Assembly (NCBI RefSeq): GCF_020745735.1
Contig: NW_026867501.1
Span: 124,001 to 188,000, forward strand
Source: Hemiscyllium ocellatum
Lineage: Eukaryota
DNA length: 64,000 nt
Direction: 5' to 3'
The notes under the pieces were generated by a model. The model saw nothing but the letters and a program-made list of their open reading frames with translations. It had not been told where the DNA came from and did not search any database. The translations under genes and the position numbers were made by a program. Positions 61,601-64,000 of this stretch are shown piece after piece. Position 1 is the stretch's first letter. The number at the start of each line of letters is the position of its first letter.

Positions 61601-62989
61601 TTCTGGACAGGGCTGGCCAATTTCCCTGACAGAGACACCCACATCTTGTGAATGCATTAAAGAAAAGTAGAGGATTAAATTATCAGGGATTCACTCACAG
61701 GAAGGACAACAGTACTGTCCAAACTGGCAGAAGGATCACCTCTTGAAGCAACAAGACACCGCTTACTTTATTTTAGTGTCACGTTATTATCGATTAGTCC
61801 CCTGCTGTAAACGTGGAAGAAATGACAGGTGGTGACTGACGAATATGAAGAAGGGCATAACACACCATCCCGCGCAGGAGCACTTGAACAGCCTCCAAGA
61901 GGCAATGGCTGCTTCGGTCACAACCAATTGTGGTTGCAGAAGGGTCGAACAATTCTCAACTTTAAGTTAATAAGATGCTCTTGTGTAGAAATCACCAAGA
62001 TCTCAGATATTGAGGCTGTATTTTGAGGGTTTCTTGGCCAAAGCACCAGTGAGCAATGCAAGCGCATACAGGAATGATGGAGGAATTCTTCTAGGTTCAG
62101 GCTGGTCTCCAGAAAAAACAATATGGCACGGCAGACAATCGTTCCTTGAAGTCCAATCGTCGTGTCCATAAAACTAATTAAAGACAAGTTTTTCTTGCAT
62201 GTTTCACCGACTATTAATAACAGCTGATAGAGGCTTCCAAAGTCCTAAAGACTTATGAAAACAAACCAGACCTGAACCACCACCGGTCAGAACACTGGAA
62301 CCTTACTAAGGTGGTTGACAAAATGGAATTGTGTCAGAATGGACCCCGACGAACGGAGATTGCTAAGTTTTTGTGCTCGCTATGAATGCAGAAGCAGCTA
62401 TATTGAAAACCTGAACATGTGCTAGGTGAATTAAATAAACAGGCGAACTCTATTGCACATGCTGGAATGTCTTACGTTAGCCTTTGAATAATGGAAGAAA
62501 TCGTCTCATTACATACTTTATCCCAGTTCATAATTTGACTCTGAATTAATTCTGCGTGCCAGCATATTTAAATCAACTAATACAGGAATACAAAAATGCT
62601 AAATGAATAAATGATGATACATTGAAATCGCAACTTCCAAAATAAGCGACAGTTTGAATGTGGCAGAAGCATCTTTTCATCAAATAGAACAGGATAGAAG
62701 TATGCTTTTTTTAAATTTCTGGTTCACTTTGATTATGGTCATTTTTGATGTGCCGTTGTCCCCTAAATGATTTGAAAACCAATGGAATTTATCTGACACA
62801 AAAACAGTGCCAACTAAAATCAATGTTAATGGGAGACCAACCATGAAATGATATGGAACCAATAGAGATGACATATGAATGTTACGAACATAGCATTCGT
62901 CGAACCAGTGCTCTTTATTGTGCATAAATTGGTTACATTTTTTGATGCGTTTCAATGTGGCTACGACTGTGTCAACTGGGGGTATTATA

Positions 62990-63605
62990 AATTCTGGTAA
63001 TTGTGAAAATAGACAAGTTCCCTGGGCCGCATGGGATTTATCCCAAGATTGTCTGGGAAGCCAGGGAGGAGATCACAGAGCCATTGGTTTTGATCTTTAT
63101 GTCGTCATTGTTTACACGTATACTGCCAGAAGACTGGAGGATAGCAAATGTTGCCCCTTTTTTCAAGAAGAGAAGTCAACCCTGGTAATTATAGACCAGT
63201 AAGTCTTATGCCGGTTGTAGATAACGTGTTTAATAACGTTGTTGACAGATGGAATTTATAATCATCAAGAGAGGAATAAATTGATTAGGGATAGTCAACA
63301 CGGTTTTCTGAAGGGTACATCGCACCTCTCAAATCGTATTGAGTTCTTTGAGATGGTGAACAATCAAGTGGATTAGGGTAAAGCAGGTGATATCGTGTGT
63401 ATGTATTTCACTAAGGCGTTCGACAAGGTGCCTCATGGAGGCTATGGGAGCATGGGTTTGTGGGTTATTTAGCGGTTAGGTCAGAAATTGGCTAGCTGAA
63501 AGAAGGCAAAGGGTGGTGGTTGATGGGAAAAGTTCATCCTTCATTTCAGTTATTAGTGGTGTACATTCAGGATCTGTTTTGTGGTCACTGCTATTTGCCA
63601 ATTTT
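62990..63605 (+). mobile_element. Decayed CR1 RT fragment
   Basis: ORF 63003-63188 DKFPGPHGIYPKIVWEAREEITEPL...PEDWRIANVAP, with downstream AFDKVPHG. Confidence 0.85.
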
Positions 63606-63609
63606 TATA

Positions 63610-64000
63610 TAAGACCTCTATGCTTCTGTGAGCAAAGGAGAGATAATGCAGCAGGTCAGCATTTAAACTTGCTGGAGAAACCATCAGAAACTATACAGAT
63701 GACAAGAATTTTATTGCAAATGAAGCAGCTTAAGTGGGAGGCGAGAGATAAGGAAAGGGCAGCAGAAATGAAGCAGCTTGAGTTACGATTAAAAGCAGAA
63801 GAGTGGAGAAAAGTGAGAACAAAGAACGTAAGAAGAGTGTTTAAACTTCAAAATCTGACACTTAAAAAAATCAGCTTAAAAGGCTGGAGATAAAGGCTGA
63901 GGGTCGGCTTTGTGAGGAAGAGAGTGACGTTGAGCAAGCCCCTGGTAGTCAGAAGCCAAGTGAGAAGCTGTTTAAGTATGTTCAAGAATTGCCTAAATTT
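63610..64000 (+). mobile_element. Probable gypsy-type LTR retrotransposon gag relic (runs off the window)
   Basis: A coiled-coil-like stretch LLQMKQLKWEARDKERAAEMKQLELRLKAEE is followed by KLFKYVQELPKF, resembling vertebrate gypsy gag N-termini. Recognised by eye only. Confidence 0.45.

Noticed and set aside
1-64000. CRISPR arrays, rRNA, operons or other prokaryotic systems
   Set aside because: The sequence is intron-containing vertebrate DNA, and no regularly spaced repeat-spacer array is present.

Overview
Vertebrate genomic DNA, with no prokaryotic features. It is the V-gene region of a cartilaginous-fish T-cell receptor alpha/delta locus. The host is probably an orectolobiform (bamboo-type) shark, inferred from the SINE/CR1/Penelope repeat content and the NAR-TCR cassette. 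The six-frame ORF track shows only part of this. Reading by hand gives: (i) a complete but decayed NAR-TCR cassette on + (leader, IgNAR-like V with an internal tandem duplication, 23-RSS, one 12/12-RSS D, a 23-RSS J, then a leaderless supporting V-delta with a CDR1 cysteine, 6410-11581); (ii) about ten further TCR alpha/delta V segments in both orientations, of which three look usable (28092+, 34908+, 48647-) and the rest are pseudogenes or relics; (iii) a triplicated family of V genes whose leader and V domain lie in one intronless exon but keep an RSS; (iv) an intact two-exon class A orphan GPCR (GPR139-like shark expansion) plus a decayed paralogue among the V genes; (v) two decayed C2H2 zinc-finger genes at the left edge; (vi) CTCF-like and CRE-like motifs at recurrent positions around V genes; (vii) many retroelements: tRNA-derived SINEs (one inside a perfect 82-bp inverted repeat), CR1 LINEs, Penelope-like elements with pseudo-LTRs and decayed minimal hammerhead-ribozyme cores, and a gypsy-like gag relic at the right edge. 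No C-region exons or TCR D/J-delta clusters were seen. All assignments come from manual translation and motif recognition, without database searches.
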